A stretch of 64,000 nucleotides of DNA from Octopus vulgaris (Eukaryota): assembly GCA_951406725.2 (NCBI GenBank), contig OX597840.1:38130001-38194000 (forward strand). The letters run 5' to 3'. Below, one piece after another: positions 13,550-27,648 of the stretch (the first letter of the stretch is position 1; every line of letters starts with the position of its first letter). The notes beneath the pieces were generated by a model. That model searched no databases. It saw nothing but the letters and a program-made list of their open reading frames with translations, and was not told the DNA's origin. The position numbers were made by a program, and so were the translations under genes.

Positions 13550-13720
13550 CAAATTTACAGAAAACAAAAGACAGGTGAGGGCATAAAAAGCAGGTGTATC
13601 AGTAAAACGCTGAGGAAGAATGGAAACGTCTCTGACGTTTCCAACCTTCGCTATTCGACAGAAAGAACTGAGGTGGAAAAAATGGATGGAGACCGAAAAC
13701 AGATGGACGAGTAAAAACTT
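13550..13720 (-). mobile_element. Penelope-like pseudo-LTR fragment with decayed hammerhead motif (13628-13666)
   Basis: Reverse strand tcttt-ctgtcgaa-tagc gaag gttg-gaaacgtc-agaga; similar to 43361-43532 and 50800-50966. Confidence 0.55.
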
Positions 13721-14520
13721 TGTAGGGATAAACAGTCCAACATGGTGTAATGAAGATGTAATTAGAAATGTACAATATCCGGCACTCTGGAAGGAACAGA
13801 TTACTCCTTTGCGATCTTTGTTCCACAATTACTTCTAGCAGTTCGTAAATGTAAGATGGTTTCCATAAATGAAGCTTGTACACACAGGTTTTTCTATTTG
13901 TAATCAATGAAAAGTTTTACGTACGTATATCATTCACTTGAAAATGATTGCAATTTCCCCTGGGGTCTCCTCTTGTAACATCGATGAATAGGTGTCAAGG
14001 ACAAAGTTTCAGTCGATGCGAATAGAATACTTTGAGTCCGGAGTCACCAAACAGACCAATATATATTAATATCAGCATCTTGGTCTACCCGCGGGTGAAT
14101 ATTTGACGCTCAAATGGAATTCAAACGATGAATACAGAATATCGTCTGGAAACATTGTTTAAAAAGTAATCTTCTGAGAATGGTAAATGTTTTTGAATAT
14201 ATATATACCGAGATGGCAGAAAATAGAATATATGCTTAAAATAAACTCATTTAACGAAATAATGAACGTTTGTTTATTAAGACCTAATATAACATGAAAT
14301 TTTCTAAAAGAGAAGACGGAGCTGAATTTAATTACATGAGCTTCCATTTCTTTTAAAGTCACTCTGTATTAAAGCTAACTACGTTTAAATTAAAAGAAGA
14401 ATTTTAAATGAACAAATTCAGCTTAATTTTTTTTCCATTTTTATTGCCAGTAAGAGCAAAATACCACTTCTAATGCCATCACCATATACATACACATATA
14501 TATGGGGACACACACACACA

Positions 14521-14561
<41 letters not shown>

Positions 14562-15206
14562 GCACGCACACACGAATGTGTGTATGTACAGGTGTATACT
14601 GGTGTATTCGGAAGTAACGCATTTCGCTGCAAAGATTTGTTGGGTTAAAATGGAATTTAAAGCATGATAATACTTGAATGGTAGGAAACGAGGTCTAGAC
14701 ATATTTTAATCAGTTCTTGTATCCAACAGAGCATCGTTTAAAATGTAGTGTTTTGTTCCGTGTAAGAAGAAAACTTATCAGTGCAATATATTCGTCATTG
14801 CTTACTAAATGCATTCCGATAGAGTACAATAAAAACGCAATAATAGTCACAGGAGGTATATATCATGATGTAGGGCGCTCAAAACCGAACATAGTTATAT
14901 ATATGTTAAGAGTGCAATTATGTCAGTAAAACGAACCATTTTACATAATGTTATTTCGATTTAGACAGAAGAGGTGTCACGGAATGTATCTTGTAATATT
15001 GTCTGTGAATATATGACGGGAATTGAGAAAAAGTCACCAAATGGACGAATTTATTTTCTCACTAGAAAATAAGGGGCCACCAGCATATGAGTGTTTGCGT
15101 TCAAATAGGATCCAACTACTCTTCCAGAGAGAGGGAGGACAGGGAGAGTGACAGAGAGACAGAGACAGAGGCAGAAAAACAGAGTGAAGGAGAGACATAA
15201 ATATAC

Positions 15207-15241
<35 letters not shown>

Positions 15242-16524
15242 AGGACTCAACATCACTCCCTGGTGAGCAATGCATGATGTTTAAATGTTATGGCTGGGAT
15301 ATCTATTTTGGTTCGCTGTGGATGTTTTGTCATTTGTTTATATTACATTTTGGTGTAGAGCTAAATATGAAATCAGATGCGTCAAATTCCGCTATTGGAT
15401 AATGTTAAATCCATAGTTTATGTAACTACTCTACTCTGGTACCAGCACAACTTAATTTCAACAAAATTACGTTTTCCCTCATTTCATGAACTGCACTGTA
15501 CTGATATTATATACATCACAGTCCATCAGACAATATATACATTTATTCTTCACATATATTTTCACATTTTCAAGAATGTGCATCAGTTCTCTCTTTACGA
15601 TTGCAAATAGCCGATGAAGAAACCTTTCACCGAAAGAAACGATGACTTAATTTGATGACGGAATAAAAATGGGAAGCAAATATTTAAAAAGAATTTAAAA
15701 AGCCAATGCGTGAAACTGTGTCGAAGTATAGGAAATAAATTTATTAGTTTCTATCACAGATCCTTTCTCAAATTACCGAAAAGCGAAACAAAGATAGGGA
15801 GAGGAAAATGTCTGTGATAGTTACTCCTGGAAACCATGCATGGAAATCAGACAGTGAAGAGAGCAGTTCCATAATTCAGGTAGTGAATCAAGAATATTTA
15901 ATTAATTAAGTTTACACCTGCAATGATGGTATTTGTCATTAACTTAATGATTTTACTTGCTCGTCACAACGGATAGAATTTTAATTAACTAAAGTTTCTT
16001 GGATAGCAGCGTCAATTATATTAACGAGAATATTATTAGTGAGTCTGCGTTTATAACTACAAGAATTTAGTAATGAATTACAATAACAAAAGAAGATCTC
16101 CACCCGTTGGGAGCTTCAGGATTTAAATTGTAGCATCAGTGCAAAATAGCGAAGCGATTCAAAAAATGCTTTCTATTCATTTTTTGTAGCTTTCACTGGT
16201 GCTGGGGTTTAGCAAATAAGTTAGTTTTTATTTAACAAAGAATGTCTAAATGCCATTCTCCCTGTGAGGATCATGTAGTATTCTTTTTAACCTTTGTATA
16301 TCTTGCAGTAATTGTCCAAGAGATACTTTCGTTTTTCCTTTCCAAGGTGTTGTTTTGAGTGAGATTTCATCAATATTTCTAACATGCTGTTTAATTCCAA
16401 GAAGGATATTTCCTTTGCTTTTACACACAATGTTAAAAGCAATGAAGAGGTACACATAGAATTTCAGAACTTGTAGAGTGTACATTCAGCAATATATTCA
16501 AATAACGTTGAACGTTTTGAAGTA

Positions 16525-16722
16525 TCGGTTTCAAATTTTGGTACAAGTCCAGCAAATTCTAGTGGGGAGGGGTAACTCGATGACATCTATCCCAGTGATG
16601 AAATGGTATATATTTCATCGCCCACAAAGGGTCCACGGTGGAATCTGACCTCAGAACATGAGGAGGGACGAAACGCCGGTAAGTATATGCTCGGCATGCT
16701 ATCAATTCTCTCAGGTCACCGA
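16525..16722 (-). mobile_element. Degenerate SINE family A
   Basis: ggtttcaaattttggtacaag...ggtggaatctgacctcagaac...tcaccg. Confidence 0.55.
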
Positions 16723-16735
16723 CTTAGACGTTTTG

Positions 16736-16767
<32 letters not shown>

Positions 16768-16772
<5 letters not shown>

Positions 16773-17062
16773 CCAGTGGTTAGGGCAGCGGACTCGCGGT
16801 CGTAGGATCGCGGTTTCGATTCCCAGGCCGGGCGTTGTGATTGTTTATTGAGCGAAAACACCTAAAAGCTCCACGAGGCTCCGGCAGGGGGTGGTGATCC
16901 CTGCAGTACCCTTTCACCACTCTTTCTCTCACTCTTGCTTCTGTTGGCCTGCTCGCTTAGCCAGCGGGGTGGCGTCATTCGGAGGCTAAAAGCAATGCGA
17001 ACGCATTGTGACAGCGATGTGTTACAACATCTGATTGTCTGGTCGGTCACGTGATCACGTGA
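16768..17062 (+). mobile_element. SINE family C with tail type 2, inserted in (TA)n
   Basis: Head atggcccagtggttagggcagcggactcgcgg...gtttcgattccc nearly identical to the 57749 copy; different tail ending gtcacgtgatcacgtga; (TA)n on both sides. Confidence 0.88.
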
Positions 17063-17079
17063 TATATATATATATATAA

Positions 17080-17262
17080 TTAAGATTCAGTTAAATTAGG
17101 TACTTCAACTAAAGCATCAGTTGAGTCTGGTATTAAGGTAAATAAAATCAAAATAAGCAAAGGATATCAAGTAGTAATGCAGTACCATCGTTTCAAGCGG
17201 ATCCACTTAATTGAAGAATGCAATCATTACATCAATTTAAATGCAGTGCTATCTTTAGCTTC
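17080..17262 (-). mobile_element. Penelope-like pseudo-LTR fragment with decayed hammerhead (17179-17262)
   Basis: Reverse strand gaag-ctaaaga-tagc...gctt-gaaac gatg gta-ctgc; homologous to 63201-63405 on +. Confidence 0.6.
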
Positions 17263-18419
17263 ACAAAATAGAGAATATTTTAGCAAGTAGGACACATAAA
17301 TATAAGTTTTCTTAAATATTTTAGCAGTGTGAGAAGATGGAAGAAATTCATGTTGTCGCTGTTGTAGCAAAAAATCGCTAAGAATAGAGTACGATTTCTT
17401 AGAATCACCTGGAGCATAATGGGGTCATAGGGCTGCAAGGGTTGTAATTCATTTCAAAATTTAGTTATCTTTTTATCCTCTTTTAAATCTGAGACTGGAA
17501 GTCTGTGTATATGTTGCATAAAGAACAAGAGTGGGTTGACAGCTCATGGCTAGCTAGGGTCATAAATATTTTCATATCCATCCCTTTTCTCCAAGAGAAA
17601 GGAAATAAGACATTAGGAAGAATGAATTTGATAGAAATAACTGTCTATAAAAGGAGGCAGGTTAGGGGTAGACTTTAAATCAAGATGTTGATTGCCAGTT
17701 ACAGGAGCAAGACACTAAGAATCACAAGATGCTAATACATGAAAAACATTATTAAGAGAACCATGGGGGAACATTTATAAACAATATTGTTATGTTGTAT
17801 AACAATAAAATTTAAGAATTCCAAAATGATATCATAACCGAAATAGCCAAAAGGTGTCTATGTATCAATTATAAACATTAAAAAGGAAGATTATGTAGAC
17901 ACAGTTTAATGGCCATTCTTGTGCTTAATTAACTAATTATTTGGTAGTTTCTATAAAGACAGCTCAAGGCACTGACATATAAAGTGTCTGGAAAGATATA
18001 CATACTATCTTTTAATTTTATTAATTTAAGCCGTGAATTAGAAGCGGAATGAGATAATGGTAATACATAGACAAATTTGAAGAAAAATTATAAAATCTAA
18101 AGTAAAAAATACAAATACTCGAAAAATATGTGCTGATATAATTATGTGTAAGGTGTAAAATAATGACTAGAGATACATATAAAAAGAGGGTTTTTAATAC
18201 ATATATATTCATGCACGCTCACACACGCATATATATATATGCGCATGTATGCATATATACATACACACAAATATTTATACGCTTATGTAAATATAGTATA
18301 AGTATGATGCTTAGACCTAAATAATTGAAACATATGAGTTTAAGAACAAGAAATATCACAATTTAAAAGTTAATAAGTACAGATATGAAAATAAGAAAAC
18401 AAAATGACTAGAATTTGTA

Positions 18420-18830
18420 GAATATAATAGAATATCCATTTTCCATCAGAAGTAATGATTTGACGCAAAAATCGTATTTTGCCAGTCGCGAAAGCAATAA
18501 GGAGAACACTTCGAAGCATCTGTATTTTTGAATCTCGTTCATTTGATGAGGAACAAACCTTATCTATTTTCTTGAATCTTCCAATTTTTTACAGGTGTCC
18601 AAAAACAGATGTACGAGATGCTTGGAGTTCTGATGAAAGTTTTCAAACTTTTGTTCTCGGATTTTGTTCAACCAAATCCTTTAATCCATCATGCCGAATA
18701 ACTGATATTGGCCTACACCTTGGTTTAATTTCAAGATTATCATCGCAAGAACGAGAGCTGTAACCCTTCACCACTATTTCCTCTCGATTGTTGTACTCCA
18801 AACTCTCAATGAAGAAAACCTACAGAAAGG
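18420..18830 (-). mobile_element. Decayed mariner transposase fragment
   Basis: Reverse translations DDNLEIKPRCRP..HDGLKDLVEQNPRT, FVPHQMNEIQKYRCFEVFSLLLSR (WVPHEL motif) and LRQIITSDGKWIFYY (TGDEKW motif); frameshifted. Confidence 0.85.
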
Positions 18831-20639
18831 GAATACTATGAATTACATCCAGACGGTAATGAATTAAATCGTTAATGAAATGTATCATATCACAAAACGA
18901 TTGATACGTCGGATTTTAAATCATTCTTATGATGTCTAAGAAAACATGGAATCTGATAGTGCTATCGACTTCATAGCATTATTAAATACCATCGGTTAGA
19001 AATTTTAAGAAATCCATACTAGAAATAAGATTGATATGCAAAGTGTATACAATTTTTCTTTTGAAATTCTTTAAATACCAATTCGAATTTTTAACCCCGC
19101 CAGGTATTATGGAAGTGAATTTTCTTCCTTTTGTTAACTGTAATTGCTAGGGGAAAACGCATGTTTGGCAAAAGATTTTAATTGCTAATTCTTCTGGTGA
19201 AGAAATTGCGCCACCTGGTTTTGTATGTATATAGATATCTCAAACATCACTACAGCACTCGACGGTATAGTTATATAAATACAGATTTGAAAAATGAAAA
19301 AGAAAAAAACAGAAAAAAATGGAACAAATCGTATATTTAGTTATTTTCATATTAACATGCTGACGTAGTAACGCATTCAAATATAAAACAATACAACATA
19401 TATTTAGTACTAATGTGGAATACAATAATTATGGTCTTCGAAATGGCCATCAATGAAACTGGGAGCTCAATTACTGAGCAGAATTTCATTATCATGATCG
19501 AAGCGAAAAAGAAGAAAACCTTCATAAACGGATAAAAATCCCAAATAATGACATGATGGAAACATTGGAATTACTGTCTAGAGAATGGCAAACCTGGAAA
19601 TGTGAAAGGAAATAAACCAATGAATAGCCGGAATGGCAATAGGATCACCAGAATAAATGAAACGGCTTCTATCTACTCTCCGTGTTGTAATTCGAATCTG
19701 CAGATCTAGAAGCCCCTATTAAATATATAATAGCATGAATTTGTGTTATATACTTTAATTGGGGCCTGCGAAAGCCTCTCTCCGGAGATATTAAATCTCG
19801 CATATTATAGTCAGATAGCTATCTAACTGAAAACCGCCATCTCAATGAGGAAGGGACGTATTTAATAATGAATTCCATGATAAGCAAGGATTCCTTAGAG
19901 AAGAAGAGGATGGCCATGGAATGATCGCCTTTCATAGGAATCTGATCAATCAGGCCTGACCGAAGGTTGTATAATGGCACCAACAATATATCCATTTACT
20001 CAGAAGAAAGAGAGTAACAAGTGAAATTGATCTATTGATAAGGCAGAGAAAAATAGGCGCAAATTTATCGGTATATGAAATCATCTTAATATTTCCCTCG
20101 TTGGTTTCCCATAATTTCAAGTGTCGAAATTCCCCGGTATTTCTGTTTGCTTATTCGTCCATTTCTAGTTGCATGTTCATGTCTCAAAGATCTCCTGTGT
20201 TGTCTTCTACAAAACGATGTAACAATACTCAGAATAATCCTTCAAAATACTTAGGCAGAAGCTAAAGGATGGATCAAGCTTTATCATCGCTTTTGGGCTG
20301 CCCACGTATAGATAATGTGGAAACCGGTCTCTGTCTATACGAATTACAAATAAAAATTAATCAAATATTTCATTGATAATTTATTAATTTGTGAGACAAA
20401 AACTGGGATAAACAACAGAAATGTCACGGATAGGAGTGGGCTTTTATTCGGACGCCAAATCTGCTAAACATACCAGTGAAATCTCTTCTAAATCCCTCAT
20501 TACTTTTCCATATGAAAAAAAGCATAATGGAAAGGGCAATTCAAGTCAAACCGCCAAAATAATGGGTGATCTAAACCAAAACGATCTTAATCGTCTTCTT
20601 GTTTGTTGAAATTTGACAAATTTATAAAGGGCCAAAAAC

Positions 20640-21125
20640 GGGTGTGTGGTACGATGTTCGCTTCCCAGCCACATGTTTCCGGTTTCTGTCCCACTGCACG
20701 TCACACTGGCCAAATGCCTTCTACTATAGCCTCGGAGCAAACATTTTGAATAGAAGCCCGTCATGCATGTGTCAGTGTGTGTGTGATTGTGTGTGCCTGT
20801 GTGTATCTATATGTGAGAGTATCTAAGCGTGTGTTTCCACATAATCTCGGCTGTTGGTTTATATAGGACTAGAGAAGAAGCCGGCTCACCCACCCCCTTT
20901 GGTGAACGCCGTCACAAGTAAAAGTACAAGTAAGATTATATATAGATCTTCGTAATTTAGTAAATCTGCTAAAAGACCGACACAATAGAACTATGCTTAA
21001 CAAAAAACAGAAAAGTTAGTTCTGGGGACGATTGTTTCGACCAAAACCCTTCCGGAGGGTGCCCTAACATGGCCGCAGATCAATTTCTGAAAGCAAGAAG
21101 AAAAATACAAAATGAAAAGGTAAAA
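20640..21125 (+). mobile_element. SINE family B, degenerate
   Basis: gtgtgtggtacgatgttcgcttcccagccacatg...cttctactatagcctcgg...(GT)n...ggtgccctaacatggccgcag. Confidence 0.65.
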
Positions 21126-21529
21126 ACACAACATAAGTGAACTGAGACCAAGAGAGTGGTGTTCTGGCCATGAAAACAACGTTGGAAATTTCCCTTTGCC
21201 GTCATTTAATCAGTTACGTGTTCTGTTTGCATTTGTCTTGTTCTGAATTGTAGTTTGTTAGTCCAAGTATAACTAACTGACAAATTTCAAATGAGAACAA
21301 TTATCACATTTCTGTATTCATAGGAGAATTATACAAAGAGAGAAGAAAAGAAAAAAAATTAACATCTTGGATAAAGGACAGCAATTGCAACAAAAAAATA
21401 AATAACGATTCATTAATAAATAAATATATGCATTTCTCATTCTCTCTCTAAATCTCACCCTATTCCTCACTCTCTCACTTTCTCCATCCCTAGTTCATTC
21501 TCTCTCTCTCGATCTTTGTATCTCTCGGT

Positions 21530-21543
21530 CTATCTATCCATCC

Positions 21544-21615
<72 letters not shown>

Positions 21616-21748
21616 GTCTGTCTGTCTATCTATCTGTCTATATATCTACCTAACTATCTGATTATCTGCTGCCTGTCTGTCTGTGAATATTTCTACGTAC
21701 CTATATGTTTATTTATCTATGTATGCGCCTATGTGTCTATATATCTAT

Positions 21749-21803
<55 letters not shown>

Positions 21804-21852
21804 GTCTCTCAAAGTATATGTATGTATATATATATATGTGTATGCATATTTA

Positions 21853-21887
<35 letters not shown>

Positions 21888-22308
21888 GCATATATAATTA
21901 TGTATGTGGGTGTGTAAATATATATATATATATATACATATATAAACCAGCAGGTATATGTATGCGTATATGTGTATATGTGTGTGTGTGCGTTTATGTC
22001 TATATATATATGTATGCACATGAATGCATAAATATATTCACAACAATTATAGAAATAAACAAGTAAACAGTCGACAGATATGAAAGATATGTTCAATAGC
22101 CAATGATTGAGATATGTTAATATCATTCCAGCCATTAGCTTCACTTGAATAAATAATTCTTAATAAACAGACATTGAAATGACTTACAAGAAATACACAA
22201 AGAAAATAAAAACTAAGATAAATGAAAAATAAATGTTCATTTTTATTGCGCATGAAATAATCATAGAGGACTATATTTTAAATACGTACATATATATACG
22301 TACATAAT

Positions 22309-22384
<76 letters not shown>

Positions 22385-22580
22385 TTATATATATATGTAT
22401 ATATATATATATATATATGTATATGTATGTATGTATGTATGTATTTTCCCACACAAATAATGATGGGAAGAACAAGAAAAACAACATAGCTCTAACAATA
22501 ACAAGGTGAAGAAAAAGTGATAATTGCCTAATATATTTATGTATTTATGCATGTATATATGAATATATATACGAATATAT

Positions 22581-22628
<48 letters not shown>

Positions 22629-22743
22629 ACGTATTTACTTAATTCTGTTCATATCCATGCATATGTTTGCTTGCGTATGTGTGTGTGTGCGTATATATAC
22701 ATACAAACATACATACATACACACATATATATATATATACATT

Positions 22744-22812
<69 letters not shown>

Positions 22813-22945
22813 GTAATATATATAGGGTGTGTGTGTCTGTGTGTCTCTGTGTGTGAGTGAGTAGGCATAGGCAGCGATAGAGTGTCCGAAAGAGAAATAT
22901 CCACGATACAAATATATGTATAGGTGTATATATATATATATGTAT

Positions 22946-23002
<57 letters not shown>

Positions 23003-23503
23003 CAGAAATATATTTACTCAGAGACACGTGCACATACCGCCACCTATACACACAGACAAACCATGAGATGCCAGCAGACATATTGACGAACACACCTTAC
23101 TCACACTCACACACACCTCACCCACTCACTCACTCAATCACTCATACTCTCACTCACTCTACCCCCGACACCAATAAGAAGTGGAAGTGGATAGGACAGA
23201 GTGAGAGAGAATTAGTGTGTATAGACTAAAAGACGGAACTTGAACAAAATATCTACAAAAAAAAATGTGAAGGAAAAATATCATGTTGAAAACACTTATA
23301 CAAGTAATTTGTCTAGACATTTTGTGGAAATATTCGCACTCACGGAAGAAACCGTTCAAATATATATATATAGGTTTCGGTAATGTCCAGCCACTGCTAA
23401 TGGGGTCTTTATGATTACATTTTCTTTCATCGATAACGTATAGCCTTGCCAAAACATACAACACGTACAGATTGAGGCAGACGAAGAGAAGCACGCAATC
23501 TTC

Positions 23504-23545
<42 letters not shown>

Positions 23546-23656
23546 TTGTTTGTGTGTGTGTACATGTATGTGTGAGTATGTATATATATATGTATATGTA
23601 TATTTATATATATAAATATATGTATATTTATATTTATATATATAAATGTGTATATA

Positions 23657-23713
<57 letters not shown>

Positions 23714-24061
23714 ATATTTATACATAAAACGTACAAAGACACACACGCACACACTCATACAGACACATACACACACACACACACATACATATATATGTAT
23801 ATATGTAAGTTGTATATATGCTTGTATGTAGGCGTATATGTAAGTATTCATATGTGCATGTATATATAAAAAGATATATATATATGCATATTGGTTTGTG
23901 CGTGTGTAAGTTTGTGTATGTGTGTGCGCGTTGTTTTGTTAGAATGTAACGTGTGCTCTTAAATATTTTAGCCATTGTCAGAGCTGTATAGTTTTTGGAA
24001 GTAAACATTAAATATGTATATACACATATTCTTACTTATACATATACATATATATATGCAT

Positions 24062-24112
<51 letters not shown>

Positions 24113-24140
24113 CGCTTACGCACATATATATATAATATTC

Positions 24141-24175
<35 letters not shown>

Positions 24176-24204
24176 CACACACAGGTAATGATAGATTCTT
24201 ACCA

Positions 24205-24273
<69 letters not shown>

Positions 24274-24286
24274 TTTATGTATATAT

Positions 24287-24319
<33 letters not shown>

Positions 24320-24536
24320 GATTTATGTATATATATATATGTATATATATACATATGTATATATATGTATATATATGTATATATATACATATATTTATAC
24401 ATGCATATATATATATGTATGTATATATTTATATGTATATATATATATATACATATATCTATGTATATATATATTTATACATACACACACATATATATAA
24501 TATCAATCTCTCTCTATCTCTATCTCTATATATATA

Positions 24537-24581
<45 letters not shown>

Positions 24582-25074
24582 ATATATACATACTGATATA
24601 AGAGGCGGCGTGGAGGGCTGTTGTATGTCAACGCATACTTTAAAATTCTCATGTTGAAGCCACATATATATCTACCTATATATTTGTAAAAAAAACAACA
24701 ACAACCACATTCAAACGTGAATACAGACACTAACAAAGAACGAGAGCTGCAACGATACACCTAAAGACATAGTGATGAGTGTCTTGTCTGGTATCTCATT
24801 GTCTCGTTTCTTTTTAGTTGGATTTTATTTGTTGTTATTTATTTTTTTTTTTTGTATTTTTGCTATTTATCAGTAACATAAAGTAGTGTTGACTTGATTT
24901 TAATGTTCGAAATCGGAATAGGTGTAACATAAACAAACGTGGTACGCAAACAGCTATCCATACATCCATGTATGCACTCACACACACACACACGCGCACT
25001 CATATATGATCAGAATAATTATATACATATATATACATACACACACTCACACATATAAATAAATGAATAAATAA

Positions 25075-25107
<33 letters not shown>

Positions 25108-25213
25108 CATATATACATATACATATATATATATATATAGTGATATATATGTATATATATATATGTAAAAATATATTATATACATAAATGCATACATGCA
25201 CACATACACACAC

Positions 25214-25285
<72 letters not shown>

Positions 25286-25334
25286 GTATATACTTTCATA
25301 TACATACATATCCGTATTTATATATACTTCTATG

Positions 25335-25383
<49 letters not shown>

Positions 25384-25606
25384 TTATATAATTTATACAA
25401 ACGTATGTATGTATGTCTGTGTGTATACATACGTATATTAGTACAATGTATACACCATGTGTATACATCTATATATATTTGTGCGTCAGTGTGTGTGTGA
25501 TAATTTGAGAGACATATTCCCAAAATTCATGCGTACATACATGCGTTAATATGTATAAATATATCTCTTTCTATCTCCTTCTCTCTCTCTTTCTCTGTCT
25601 CCTTCG

Positions 25607-25660
<54 letters not shown>

Positions 25661-25690
25661 ATGTGTGTGTGTGTGTTTATATATGTATGT
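21530..25690. repeat. Cluster of (CTAT)n, (TA)n, (CA)n and (TATG)n microsatellites with short unique spacers
   Basis: Direct inspection. Confidence 0.9.
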
Positions 25691-26033
25691 ATATGAACAC
25701 GAAGCCAGGCAAACATCTACACACACAGACACAATATGTATGTTCACGTCTCTGTCAACTCTGCATATGTAAGCATCTATATATTTCTGCAGCCCACATA
25801 AAACTGAATAGCTTAGTGATACATGGACGAATCAATACGCAAACACGTAATCTTGTTGCCTATCTTTCTTGGCATAAAATAAAATGAAATAAAAGAAGAA
25901 TCAAACAATAATGAAAATTTCTTAAAGTATAAAACTACATTCGTATGTAGATGTAACATGTATTAGAACGTCACTAGCTCTGCTTTCTTTATAACTATCA
26001 ATATGGCAGTATATATAACCAAACAATATATTC

Positions 26034-26080
<47 letters not shown>

Positions 26081-26101
26081 TATATATATATATATATATA
26101 T

Positions 26102-26311
26102 AAAGTTAATCCAAACATGAAAATACAATGAGAAAACACAACAACGCGAGGACGTGGAACAAATATAGTATTATTGGACGCTCGGGAAAGAAGGAAAGAA
26201 GGAGGATTTAACGTTTCGAGCGGAGCTCTTCGTCAGAAACATAGGAAAAAGGAAAGATCCAGAGAAGGGAAGACAGAGGGAAAAAATCGCCAACGGTACA
26301 CACGCGGTCAC

Positions 26312-26313
<2 letters not shown>
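26102..26313 (-). mobile_element. Short element between (TA)n tracts carrying a hammerhead motif (Penelope-like pseudo-LTR)
   Basis: Flanked both sides by (TA)n; a partial opposite-strand copy lies at 60014-60081. Confidence 0.7.
26206..26240 (-). ncRNA. Minimal hammerhead ribozyme-like motif
   Basis: Reverse strand GTTT-CTGACGA-A-GAGC TCC GCTC-GAA-ACGT-T-AAAT: intact core, 4-bp stem II, palindromic ACGT stem III, GUU site, 4-bp stem I. Confidence 0.7.
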
Positions 26314-26347
<34 letters not shown>

Positions 26348-27648
26348 ACGTCAGTACGAATTCGGTTAAAATTCTTGTCACTAACAAGTTTTGTCAATGC
26401 TGTGTCAATAACACACGTGCAGAGGTATTGGTTACCTGATGCCATCATTCAGTGGAAATGCTCCTGCTACTCGATTTACGTCAGGAATTCTATAGTTCTC
26501 GTAAGATTCTATAAATAAATGATATATAACGATATTTTCTATTTAAAATCACTACAATTGTTTCGACAGATTTTCCGACACGCGTCGTATGTATATGTAT
26601 AGCAACATACGCAGAAATATCGTTGAAGTGAGCTGAGGTTTTTTTTTTCAAAAAGTAATTGAGGAAATAAAGAGAAGCTGGATGATGTAGTAATTCAAAA
26701 TGGACGGAGAACGATATCGAGAGGCTGCTAGCATTGAGCGTTCTCAGCTACATCTTGCCGTCCATTGTGCCAACATGCGTGTCTGTAGAGCAACTGGAGA
26801 TGTTATTCTGCCAAAATAAATACTATAAATAATTTCAGCCATTAATCCCTATTCTAATGATAAAGCATCAATCTTTATCAATATACTGTTCAAAATATAT
26901 CCAGTTGTTTATTTTCCAATGTCAGTTATTTATGAGATCTTATCCATTTAATTTTTTTTTTTTTGTTTGACAGAGACAAAGTGTTCGGGCAAAATTTGAC
27001 AGTGTACATAAAAGGAAAAGAAAACAAAATATTACATAAATAAAAATATCAACTCTGATATGGTCGGAAGATCATCTATGGAATTACAATCGGGAATTAA
27101 GAGGTCACATACTTAGGCTGGTGATGTCGTAGAGGTTTACCGACAAATATATTTTGCTCTTACTGGAGAGGTGGTAAGAAGCCCCTCCAGTCAGGGTTAG
27201 ACTGCAGTCTCCAGCAGCTTCGTATAATCGACCGAATTGATACTCAGACCCTGTTCAAATCCTTGAACCGGCAATATACCATCCTCACCGGAGACACGCC
27301 TAAAGAACATCACCTTCCAGCTAAACACGGAAAGGAAGACTGATACGCTCATAGGTCTATTATATTATACCTTAGAATAAAGTTTTATTTAGCAACTTAT
27401 GTTCCATTATTTTACAATTCGTTCTTTAAGAATAGGTAGCCAGATTTGCATAAAAGACGCATTGTTGGTAGCTACGTTAACTTACCGTATTCGATGGAAT
27501 ATAAGACTAATTCTTTTTCTAATAAAATGTATCCAATCAAATGATGCCGTGTCCTAGTTATATAGTCAGTCATGCATTATAAGTTTCATGCACATCTAGT
27601 ATACCCAAGCTTACTTTATACCATCAAATGAATTAAGCTGTCGATAAT

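Noticed and set aside
23350-23440. Minus-strand TCGATGA...CCGAAAC hammerhead-like remnant
   Set aside because: Core, stem III and cleavage triplet are too degenerate to support.
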